A stretch of DNA of 53,238 nucleotides from Candidatus Nomurabacteria bacterium RIFCSPLOWO2_01_FULL_42_17 (GCA_001785985.1 MFVE01000005.1:178533-231770), one strand, 5' to 3'. Positions 25,144-32,740 are shown, numbered from the stretch's first letter. A program made the numbers and translations. The notes: a model not told the origin generated them from the letters alone.

Positions 25144-26028
25144 TTAATTACTCAATTTTTGGTTGATGGCGTTTGCCAAATTGTTCAGATCTGTCTCCAG
25201 CTGGTCGGCACTTGCTTGATATCTGCTTATACCACCTAGCGCCATGATAGCGTCGGTGTCGTAAAGTTTTATATCGCTTATATTTTCCGCCAATCTTTCA
25301 AGCGAATTTATGACATTCAGATGCAAGGTCGAAATAGCTTGGGGCACGCTCATCTTCATCATTCCTTCTATTATTTTATTTGTTTGGGATATGATCGGAT
25401 CAAGTTTCAGGAGCACGCTCGTATCCACACTGTTTTCATCAACCATAAATTTCTGCAATACATCCAATATTGTATAGTTTACCCCCGGATATTTTTTATA
25501 AAGGCTGGTCAAGGCATTGTTATAATTTCTGAAAGCTGAAACACTATTGTCATTTATTATTTTTATGTCAAAAATTGAATATATCTTTCTCGGTACAGAA
25601 TTTTGTATCTGCTCTGAAAGGGAATTGCCCAGTGCGTCTATAGTCGCTTGGTCTAAAGTTCCATTTTGGCTGGTGGCCGCGATAGTCGCAAAAAGTTCCC
25701 TGGAGAATTTATCTGTTTGGGTTAGCTTTACATCGCCCAATTCTTGTTTCTCGACCGAGGCGGATCCGCCTTGAGCGGATAATTTGCTGATGGCTACGCT
25801 GTCCGGCACTCCCGGAGTTGTTTCTTTTTTATTCGGATCAGTTCCCCATAGTCCCTCTTCCCAATCCAGTATGCCATCGTCATCAGTATCCTTGTTTACT
25901 AAATTTTCTATAGTTACATCGCCATAAATCAAACTATTTTCTCCCCCGTTCTGCGCGAGCTTGGAACCATTTTCAAATGTAGTTTTATTTTTTAAGAAAA
26001 AAAGAACAACAACAAAAATAATCGCCAA
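25144..26028 (-). CDS. membrane-anchored protein of unknown function with thrombospondin-type-3-like Ca-binding motif; first gene of the T4SS-like operon
   Basis: 294 aa from TTG 26028. Contains the DTDDDGILDWEEGLWGTDP motif. The reading frame stays open 16 more codons upstream without a canonical start. Confidence 0.55.
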   Translation of the reverse strand: MAIIFVVVLFFLKNKTTFENGSKLAQNGGENSLIYGDVTIENLVNKDTDDDGILDWEEGLWGTDPNKKETTPGVPDSVAISKLSAQGGSASVEKQELGDVKLTQTDKFSRELFATIAATSQNGTLDQATIDALGNSLSEQIQNSVPRKIYSIFDIKIINDNSVSAFRNYNNALTSLYKKYPGVNYTILDVLQKFMVDENSVDTSVLLKLDPIISQTNKIIEGMMKMSVPQAISTLHLNVINSLERLAENISDIKLYDTDAIMALGGISRYQASADQLETDLNNLANAINQKLSN

Positions 26029-26146
26029 AACGATCCAAAGCGTCTTTTTGTATTTTGCTAAAATCTTTTTAATTATGGTCTAATTGTACCATAGGTAAAT
26101 AAATTTGCTTGTTTATTATCCCCATTTTTTGTTATACTTAATTCCG

Positions 26147-27163
26147 ATGAAAAGATTGCTATATTTGTTTATTTTTTCTACCCTTTTATTTTATTCGAAT
26201 GCTGTTTTCTCAGCGGACTGCGAGCTGGTTAGCCTTTTAAAAGTAGGTTCTAAAGGTTCGGAAGTTCAATGCTTGCAAGGAAAAGTAGGCGCCGCAATGG
26301 ATGGGAGCTTTGGTCCTTTGACTCGGGCGGCGGTTGTGGCTTTTCAATCCAGTCATGGATTAGTGCCGGATGGCATAGTCGGACCGTTGTCCCGTTCGGC
26401 ACTCAACAATATTACGCTTAGTGGTAGTAGCGGCGGTGTTTCCGCTATAAATCCTCTCGAAGGTTGTATCTCAACCTTAGAATACAGCCCAAAAACTGGC
26501 ATCAAATGCGATAGTCTAATAAATCCAACGCCGGCAGGTCCCTCTACTAGCACAACTCCACCTCCAGGCAGTACAAATAGTACGACGACCAATACAGCAA
26601 AAGTAAGCGCAAATCTTGTGAATTTAGATCAATTTATTGCGAAGGTTGTCGAAGTGAATAGAAAAAGTGGCATGAGCGAGTCGGATATTGAACGGATGGT
26701 TGAAGTGCTAAAAAATGAAGCTATCAACAGCAATATTGATCTTAATAAAACATTCAAAGAACTGCTTATTAGTGAAAGTCAGCTAAGTCTAGATTCTGAC
26801 GCCAAGCCCTCATCGAATTTTTTTGATAAAATTATTGCTGAGACTCTTTCTTTTTTAGGCATTAAACCTTCTACAGCCCATGCCACTAGCGGTATACCCT
26901 TTGGCGGCGCTTTGATTTATTCTTTTTTCTGCGCATATAACGGCAGCTGGATGTTGGGCATAGAGCCTTTTCCGCCGAGTTTTGCGGTACTTCTCACTTA
27001 TTATCCCGGCACCCAAGGATTTGCCAGCTACAATATACCTTTCACTACTTGGTTGCTTGGAGAATATGTGACGCCCGGCGTCTGCATGATACCTGGTACT
27101 CCTGTTTATAGTATACCCACTGAAGGCACGATCACTCCATTGGTCGGTTCATCTCCTTCGTAA
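26147..27163 (+). CDS. secreted peptidoglycan-binding (PG_binding_1) protein with unknown C-terminal domain
   Basis: From ATG 26147: MKRLLYLFIFSTLLFYSNAVFS signal peptide, then GSKGSEVQCLQ...FGPLTRAAVVAFQSSHGLVPDGIVG. Divergent from the T4SS-like operon. 3' end overlaps rsmA by 32 nt. Confidence 0.7.
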   Translation: MKRLLYLFIFSTLLFYSNAVFSADCELVSLLKVGSKGSEVQCLQGKVGAAMDGSFGPLTRAAVVAFQSSHGLVPDGIVGPLSRSALNNITLSGSSGGVSAINPLEGCISTLEYSPKTGIKCDSLINPTPAGPSTSTTPPPGSTNSTTTNTAKVSANLVNLDQFIAKVVEVNRKSGMSESDIERMVEVLKNEAINSNIDLNKTFKELLISESQLSLDSDAKPSSNFFDKIIAETLSFLGIKPSTAHATSGIPFGGALIYSFFCAYNGSWMLGIEPFPPSFAVLLTYYPGTQGFASYNIPFTTWLLGEYVTPGVCMIPGTPVYSIPTEGTITPLVGSSPS

Positions 27164-28007
27164 GCGCAATCCAATCTGCGAGTGCCAAATCCTCCGCTCT
27201 TTTATTTCCTAATGATGTCAGGGATGCCCCTTGACAGACGTCTTTTAGGTTGCTAGAGAGCTTTTTTCTCTTATGCGCAAAGCCTTTTTTGACTATTTCC
27301 CAGAATTTTTCTTCGAATGCCTGATTGTCCAAGATTTTATCTTGGACAATCGCTTTGCCTCCCTCTCCTTCATCAGGAGAGGGTTGGGGTGAGGTGAATA
27401 GCTTGCGTGAAATATTTTTTATGGAAATTATTGCAGAATTTACTTTAGGCGCAGGTGAAAAATATCTTTTATCCACTTTCATAATCATTTTCGGTTCGCC
27501 ATAGGCTTTGACAGAGATAGAAAGGATGCTCTCTTTCTTGCCCGCCTTAGCTTTAGCGGCGGAGGGGCTATTACCGATTATTCTTTGGGCCACTTCGTGC
27601 TGGACCATCAGCACCATCAAGCTTGGCTGGTTTTCGGCTGTTAGAAACTTTTTCAAAATCGCGCCGGTGATATTGTAAGGGATGTTGGCGATTAGCTTGT
27701 AGGTTGTAGCTTGTAGGTTGTAGCTTTTCAAATCAAATTCTAATATGTCACCTTGTATTAATTTCAGTTGACCAGACGAGATCTCTTTTTGGAATTTAAT
27801 TTGTAGTAGTTCACATAAATCTTTGTCTTTCTCTACAGCTACAAGCTGACAGCTACAAGCTAAAAGCTGTTTAGTCAGCGCTCCCCTGCCCGGACCGATT
27901 TCTAAAATCACATCATCCGATTTTATTTCTCCCGCTTCAATAATCTTTCGCAGAGCTATCTCTGATTTTAAAAAATTTTGCCCTAATGATTTCTTTGCCT
28001 GGTGCAT
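27132..28007 (-). CDS. rsmA: 16S rRNA (adenine1518/1519-N6)-dimethyltransferase
   Basis: 291 aa. KSLGQNFL, EIGPGRGALT and ANIPYNITG motifs. Confidence 0.93.
   Translation of the reverse strand: MHQAKKSLGQNFLKSEIALRKIIEAGEIKSDDVILEIGPGRGALTKQLLACSCQLVAVEKDKDLCELLQIKFQKEISSGQLKLIQGDILEFDLKSYNLQATTYKLIANIPYNITGAILKKFLTAENQPSLMVLMVQHEVAQRIIGNSPSAAKAKAGKKESILSISVKAYGEPKMIMKVDKRYFSPAPKVNSAIISIKNISRKLFTSPQPSPDEGEGGKAIVQDKILDNQAFEEKFWEIVKKGFAHKRKKLSSNLKDVCQGASLTSLGNKRAEDLALADWIALTKEMNRPME
27325..27383. repeat. two perfect 9-bp hairpins forming an in-frame ~26-codon insertion in rsmA
   Basis: TTGTCCAAG-attttat-CTTGGACAA (27325-27349) and CCCTCTCCT-tcatc-AGGAGAGGG (27361-27383). They encode ...PSPDEGEGGKAIVQDKILDN..., which is absent from typical RsmA. 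Confidence 0.65.
27694..27725. repeat. 14-nt tandem (AGCTTGTAGGTTGT x2.3) inside rsmA; left arm of a 32-nt imperfect inverted repeat
   Basis: Pairs with 27837-27868 at 26 of 32 positions. Same AGCTTGTAGCT family as the four-helix-bundle flanks. Confidence 0.8.
27837..27868. repeat. 14-nt tandem (AGCTACAAGCTGAC/AGCTACAAGCTAAA) inside rsmA; right arm
   Basis: AGCTACAAGCTAAaAAGCT matches the right flank of the four-helix-bundle gene at 18/19. Confidence 0.8.
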
Positions 28008-28024
28008 TTTGTATTTTCTTTATA

Positions 28025-28047
28025 ACTTTATGAACTTTATAACTTTT
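28025..28047. repeat. 23-nt dispersed repeat ACTTTATGAACTTTATAACTTTT (copy 2)
   Basis: Identical to 16111-16133. Lies between the pcrA stop and the rsmA start. Confidence 0.8.
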
Positions 28048-28049
28048 AA

Positions 28050-30089
28050 CTACTCAAGGTAAATTGTTTTAATGCCACCCTTTTCTCCTTCTTTTTCCAA
28101 TAAATCTGCCGGAATGTCCGAAATAAATTCCGATGGTGCATTTATTTGGCGCGATCCGAAAATTGTGCGGAAATTTGCAAATGATAAAAATAATTTACTT
28201 CGAGCGCGCGTGACGGCCACATAGAAAAGTCTGCGTTCCTCTTCGCTGTCAAAACCATCTGCCTCATCATGTCTTTTGTGCGGGAAAAGCCCGTCTTCCA
28301 GTCCGGTGATAAAAACGTTATTAAATTCAAGCCCTTTCGAAGCATGCACCGTCATTAACTTCACGGCGTCTATTTTTTCTTTTTTATTTTCTGTGACAAT
28401 TAGCGAATCTTGGTCCGAAGCCAGCGACGCATCTTCTAAAAGCTTTTCTATGCCGGCGCCGTTCTCTAAATTGTCATATTTCAGGGCCAAAGTTGCGAGC
28501 TCTTTTATGTTTTCCAATCTTTCGATGTCTTCTTCACCGCCACTTGCTAGTTCTGCTTCGATGCCGGAAGTTTTTACCACAAATTTTATTATGTCAGATG
28601 TTTTTGAATTATGGATTTTTTCTTTTATTTCTTCCAGCGTCTGATAAAAATTATTTATCTTAATTCTCATTTTTACCGGCAGACTCTCTATCTCATTGGC
28701 GAAAATTTTCACTAAAGTCACCTTTCCGATGCCCCGCGCAGGAAAATTTATTATCCTTTTTATATCCGACAGACTTTCTGGATTTAGTGCGGCGCGCAGA
28801 TACGCCAAAGTATCTTTGATTTCTTTTCTTTCAAAAAATTTTACTCCTAAAACTTGGTATGGAATATTATAGCGTAGCATTGCCTCTTCCAGCGCTCGCG
28901 ATTGAAAATTCGCGCGGTAAAGAATTGAAATTTCCGACAACGGAGCGGGTGTGCCGGGACGGGGTGTCTCGCAGACCGACGGGTCGAGAGGCAGCGCTCC
29001 GCGAGCACGCGGAGACAGCGACCCCGCAACGGCAGCACCCGCTCCGTTGTCTATAATCTCCAGAATTTTAGTCGCCACGAAGTCGGCTTCGTCATTTTCA
29101 TCGAGTGCCTCGTACAGTCCGATTTTTTCTCCGGTATTTTTTCTGGTAAATAAATTTTTGTCCGGCCTATATTTATTTTTTTTGATTATCGTATTGGCCG
29201 CTTCCAGAATATTTTTGGTTGATCGGTAATTTTCCTCCAACAAAACTATCTTTGCATTTGGGTAATCTTTTTCAAAACTTAAAATATTTTTCAAGTTTGC
29301 TCCGCGCCACGAATATATATTTTGGTCCGCATCTCCCACGACACAAATGTTTTGATTATTTTCTGAGAGTAATTTTGACATTAAATATTGCACTTCGTTG
29401 GTGTCTTGGTATTCATCGATATGGATATATTCCCATTTTTCCTGATAAATTTTTCTGATTTCAGCGTTATCTTTCAATAGTTTTGTCGCTTTTAGGAGCA
29501 GATCGTCAAAATCCAACGAATTTTCTTTCATTTTTTTCTTTTCATATAAATTCCAAACTTGCGCCACCATCACACCGTACGTACCCTTTTCTCTCTCCGC
29601 ATAATCTGCCAAATGCGTGAATTTCCCCTTTTCTCGCGAAATTATATTTTTTATTTTCTTCGGATCGTATTGTTTTGGATCTATTCCGATCTCTTTCAGT
29701 ATTTCTTTTATTATTGAATTTGCGTCTCCCTCATCTAGAATTGTGAAATACTTCGTCAAGCCCAAAAGTCTGGCATTTTCTTTTATGATATAAACTCCGA
29801 GAGAGTGAAAAGTGCTCACAAATGGAATCTTCTCTTGACCTGTTGTGTTTTTTTGAATTTCTAAGATAATTCTCTCCCGCATTTCCTTTGCCGCCTTATT
29901 TGTAAAAGTAACAGCCAAAATACGCTCTGGAGATATCCCCTCTTTTATTAAATTCACAATTCTATGAGTGATCGTTTTGGTTTTACCCGCGCCCGCTCCG
30001 GCAATGATCAGAAGCGGACCACCTGTGTGGATGGCCGCTTCTCTTTGTTCTTTATTTAATTCCGATAGATGATTTGTGTCTGTATTCAC
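28050..30089 (-). CDS. pcrA: ATP-dependent DNA helicase PcrA/UvrD
   Basis: 679 aa. AGAGAGKTKT (motif I), DEYQDTN (II), VGDADQNIYSWRGA (III) and VTRARSKLF (VI). Confidence 0.93.
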   Translation of the reverse strand: MNTDTNHLSELNKEQREAAIHTGGPLLIIAGAGAGKTKTITHRIVNLIKEGISPERILAVTFTNKAAKEMRERIILEIQKNTTGQEKIPFVSTFHSLGVYIIKENARLLGLTKYFTILDEGDANSIIKEILKEIGIDPKQYDPKKIKNIISREKGKFTHLADYAEREKGTYGVMVAQVWNLYEKKKMKENSLDFDDLLLKATKLLKDNAEIRKIYQEKWEYIHIDEYQDTNEVQYLMSKLLSENNQNICVVGDADQNIYSWRGANLKNILSFEKDYPNAKIVLLEENYRSTKNILEAANTIIKKNKYRPDKNLFTRKNTGEKIGLYEALDENDEADFVATKILEIIDNGAGAAVAGSLSPRARGALPLDPSVCETPRPGTPAPLSEISILYRANFQSRALEEAMLRYNIPYQVLGVKFFERKEIKDTLAYLRAALNPESLSDIKRIINFPARGIGKVTLVKIFANEIESLPVKMRIKINNFYQTLEEIKEKIHNSKTSDIIKFVVKTSGIEAELASGGEEDIERLENIKELATLALKYDNLENGAGIEKLLEDASLASDQDSLIVTENKKEKIDAVKLMTVHASKGLEFNNVFITGLEDGLFPHKRHDEADGFDSEEERRLFYVAVTRARSKLFLSFANFRTIFGSRQINAPSEFISDIPADLLEKEGEKGGIKTIYLE
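28936..29051. mobile_element. 116-nt GC-rich palindromic element inserted in frame in pcrA
   Basis: Perfect 16-nt terminal inverted repeat GACAACGGAGCGGGTG...CACCCGCTCCGTTGTC with nested internal palindromes (CTCCGCG-agca-CGCGGAG). Encodes GAGAAVAGSLSPRARGALPLDPSVCETPRPGTPAPL. Confidence 0.75.
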
Positions 30090-30093
30090 ACTA

Positions 30094-31185
30094 TTATAGT
30101 TTTACTTCATCCAGTTTTCCTTGTGATGCCGCAGATTGCAGAGCGCGTTCGACATATTCCCAGATTTTTTCTTCTTCTATTATTTGTGGAAGAAGACCAG
30201 TCACTTCGTTGAGTTTTTTCAGATACTCCTTCAAGAGTTTATACTCTTTCAGAGTCTTGTCTTCACTCATGAATTCGTAGGCATTTTTGTTCTGTACTTT
30301 TCTCCGATGTTTTAATGTATCTTTCGGAAATACTTTTACTAGATTTTCTTCCTCTAAAGCATCCACCTTTTCCAACATTTTCTCCGTTAGACCAAAAGGA
30401 TTCTTGACGCTTTCAGGATTTTCTTTTTGGATTCTTTGATTCTGCGCAATTCCATAAGCAGGCGCCGGTGTTCCCCCACCATAATAAGATGGCGTTCCGC
30501 CGCCATAAATAGGTGTTCCGCCTTGGTATGGTGTTTGGGTATAGAAAAACTTAACCTCTTCTTTTGGCGCTTGGGGAGCTATCGGCGTCCCGCCATGATA
30601 TTCCTTTTCTCTTCTAGGCGCGGGCGCTCGTGGGGCAACAGGCGTGGGCTTCACCGCCTCGATTACCGCTAATTTTTTCTTGTATTCTTCGTCTCTCTTT
30701 GCCGATTCTTCATCAAATTTTGCCTGCATTTCCGCTTTTATTTTTGCTGCCATTGTGTCAGCTTCTGCTTTTGTTTTTGCCAATTTTGCATTCTCTTCGG
30801 CTTGTCTTGCCGCCACCAATCTTGCTTCTACTGCTTCAAGTTCGGATTTTCTTGCTGCTATTTCCTTATCTGTCAATGTAATACCTGGGTTTTCTTTTTT
30901 AGGTTCCACTTTCTGTGTAATTCCTAATGGAGAACGACTTCCGGACCATTCTCCCGCGTATTCCCCAGCCTTTTTTGCGCCATAGCCGCCGACACTTAGT
31001 CCAGCTACTATTGCTGCTATTTTAGCCGTTTTTCCGGCATAAAAAGGTGTTTTCTCCCCTTCAGCCGCAGCCAAATCTTCGCGTGCTTGTACGTTTGCTG
31101 CTCTATCTCGTTTCAAATTTTCTCTGACACTCAAAAGTTCTTTTTCTAGTTCGATCTTTTCACTTTTAATTGGCGGTGTTTCCAT
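30094..31185 (-). CDS. unknown protein: coiled-coil N-terminal half, GGTP repeats, conserved-looking C-terminal domain
   Basis: 363 aa. Contains the GGTP-repeat stretch YHGGTPIAPQ...YQGGTPIYGGGTPSYYGGGTPAP. 4-nt spacer to pcrA. Confidence 0.5.
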   Translation of the reverse strand: METPPIKSEKIELEKELLSVRENLKRDRAANVQAREDLAAAEGEKTPFYAGKTAKIAAIVAGLSVGGYGAKKAGEYAGEWSGSRSPLGITQKVEPKKENPGITLTDKEIAARKSELEAVEARLVAARQAEENAKLAKTKAEADTMAAKIKAEMQAKFDEESAKRDEEYKKKLAVIEAVKPTPVAPRAPAPRREKEYHGGTPIAPQAPKEEVKFFYTQTPYQGGTPIYGGGTPSYYGGGTPAPAYGIAQNQRIQKENPESVKNPFGLTEKMLEKVDALEEENLVKVFPKDTLKHRRKVQNKNAYEFMSEDKTLKEYKLLKEYLKKLNEVTGLLPQIIEEEKIWEYVERALQSAASQGKLDEVKL

Positions 31186-31191
31186 AAATTT

Positions 31192-32565
31192 TTATTTATT
31201 TTGACTTTTAAATGACTCAATTTGTTCTGCTTGATATTCCTGCGCTTGTTCTCGTAATAATTTTACGCCGTCTGTATAATTTGTTAAAGCTCCACCCAAA
31301 AAATATCCTCCTTTTGGAGTAACTAGTTTATATTTTGCTTCGGGTTTGTATATGCCTATTACTTGCCTACCATTTTCTTCTGTCGTTATTTCACCCTTGT
31401 TCTGTAATTGTAAAAGAAATCCATTGGATGACATAAATGCGATATTCCTTCTTGCATCTGTCACAAAATCCACTACGGAAAATTGTACATCTATCCCAGA
31501 CTCTCCACAAAGATAATTAATATCTTCTAAAGTGATTTTCTCCCTTGGTTTCTCATACAAGCATTCAAAAACACGGTCATCTATTTTTTTAATTAAGAAA
31601 TATTTAAAGGGATTTTCTATTTCATCTTTTTCTAATGTCCCTTCTTCACTTAATTCCTCTATTTTTTTTATTAATTTTAAACGTTTTAGGAATTTTATTT
31701 TTGGAGTTTTTTCCAGTTCGGCTTTTAAGTCAGATAAATTATATTTTTTTTCCTCTCTATTTATTTTTTCTCTTTTTTCTTGTTCTTTTCTTTCTTTTTT
31801 CTCTAGTTTTTCCCTCATTTTCACATTTTCCTTTACTTTCTTGTCATTTTCCTTTTCTACTTTCTTATTATCCTTCGCCATTTTATCGCTGTCCTTTTCT
31901 ATGATCTTGGTCACTTCTCTCATTTCCTTCACCTCCTGCGCTTCAATTTCTGCCAATCTTTTCAGAATGGCCTTTTCTCTTTTCTCATTTTCTCTTATTC
32001 TTATTTCTGTAATTTTTATTTTTTCTTTGAGTTTTACTATTTTTTCCGTCCTATTTTCTGTTTTCTCTTCCGCTTTTTTGATTTCTGCAGGCTTTGGAAC
32101 ATCAATTGGCGTATCAATTTTCGCAGTAGGAGGATTCGTGGGTTCTTGTGGCGGCTTTGTCGGCAAAACTATCCTTATTTTCTCCCTTTTTGGGCTAGGG
32201 GCAGCTGGCACATTCGGTGGCACAGGCGGCAATTTTTCCGTTATTTTTTTTGGGTCTGATGGTTTTGGCGGATTTTGTGGCAACTTTGGTTTTTCTGCAG
32301 GAGGAGTCTCGGCTGTGATTGCTTTTAGATATCCATGCTTTATGAGTGCATCCTGTAAAGCTTCATAGTATTCTGGATTTACATCTATAGATCTTGTGGC
32401 CTCCCTCATTATCCCTTTTACATACCTTGCTTTATTTTGCTGAGTGAGACCTTTTTCCAAGTTCTGTATATGATTCTTTACATTGTTTTCTATACCAACT
32501 TTATCAAGTTTGATTTTTTCAAGACCCTCAAGACCCTGTATTCCATTAAATGGTTCCTCTGGCAT
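31192..32565 (-). CDS. unknown protein: N-terminal domain, Pro-rich linker, long K/E-rich coiled coil, globular C-terminal domain
   Basis: 457 aa. First gene of the 32565->27132 minus-strand operon. Confidence 0.5.
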   Translation of the reverse strand: MPEEPFNGIQGLEGLEKIKLDKVGIENNVKNHIQNLEKGLTQQNKARYVKGIMREATRSIDVNPEYYEALQDALIKHGYLKAITAETPPAEKPKLPQNPPKPSDPKKITEKLPPVPPNVPAAPSPKREKIRIVLPTKPPQEPTNPPTAKIDTPIDVPKPAEIKKAEEKTENRTEKIVKLKEKIKITEIRIRENEKREKAILKRLAEIEAQEVKEMREVTKIIEKDSDKMAKDNKKVEKENDKKVKENVKMREKLEKKERKEQEKREKINREEKKYNLSDLKAELEKTPKIKFLKRLKLIKKIEELSEEGTLEKDEIENPFKYFLIKKIDDRVFECLYEKPREKITLEDINYLCGESGIDVQFSVVDFVTDARRNIAFMSSNGFLLQLQNKGEITTEENGRQVIGIYKPEAKYKLVTPKGGYFLGGALTNYTDGVKLLREQAQEYQAEQIESFKSQNK

Positions 32566-32617
32566 GTTGTGCGTATTATACTCGCTAGTAAAGCTTTTAT
32601 CAAAGTCACATTAGGGG

Positions 32618-32626
32618 TTATCCACA
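32618..32626 (+). promoter_or_regulatory. perfect DnaA box TTATCCACA upstream of the LysM/M23 leader
   Basis: Exact 9-mer, intergenic, followed by TTGACT (32632-32637). Confidence 0.4.
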
Positions 32627-32644
32627 CCTCTTTGACTTTTTCCT

Positions 32645-32740
32645 CCTTTTGCGCTATCCTAGGGGGATAGTCCTGAAGAGGGGTACGGCGCTAAATGACC
32701 GAATGCTAGAGAAGACAGTAACCATCGTGAGAACCTTTGT
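32645..32740 (+). ncRNA. structured 5' leader; candidate ydaO/yuaA-type (cyclic-di-AMP) riboswitch
   Basis: Shows the ordered blocks GCGCUAUCC..GGGGGA..GGGGUACGG..CCGAAUGC..GACAGUAACCAUCGUGAG. These resemble the conserved ydaO blocks CGCUuAAUC / GGGGGAcC / GGGGU / CCGAAUCC / CAGCUAACCUCGUAAG. The downstream gene is a LysM/M23 cell-wall hydrolase, a typical ydaO regulon member. I could not confirm P1 pairing by eye. Confidence 0.35.

Noticed and set aside
27694-27868. CRISPR array or other spacer-repeat array
   Set aside because: There are only 2.3 tandem copies of a 14-mer on each side, they lie inside a conserved coding sequence, and no cas genes are present. The two tracts are inverted relative to each other rather than forming a direct repeat-spacer array.
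31532-32368. 278-aa plus-strand ORF (S/F/L-rich), plus the 89-aa ORF at 31635-31904
   Set aside because: These are low-complexity mirror images of the K/E-rich coiled-coil region of the minus-strand 457-aa gene, a typical antisense artefact.
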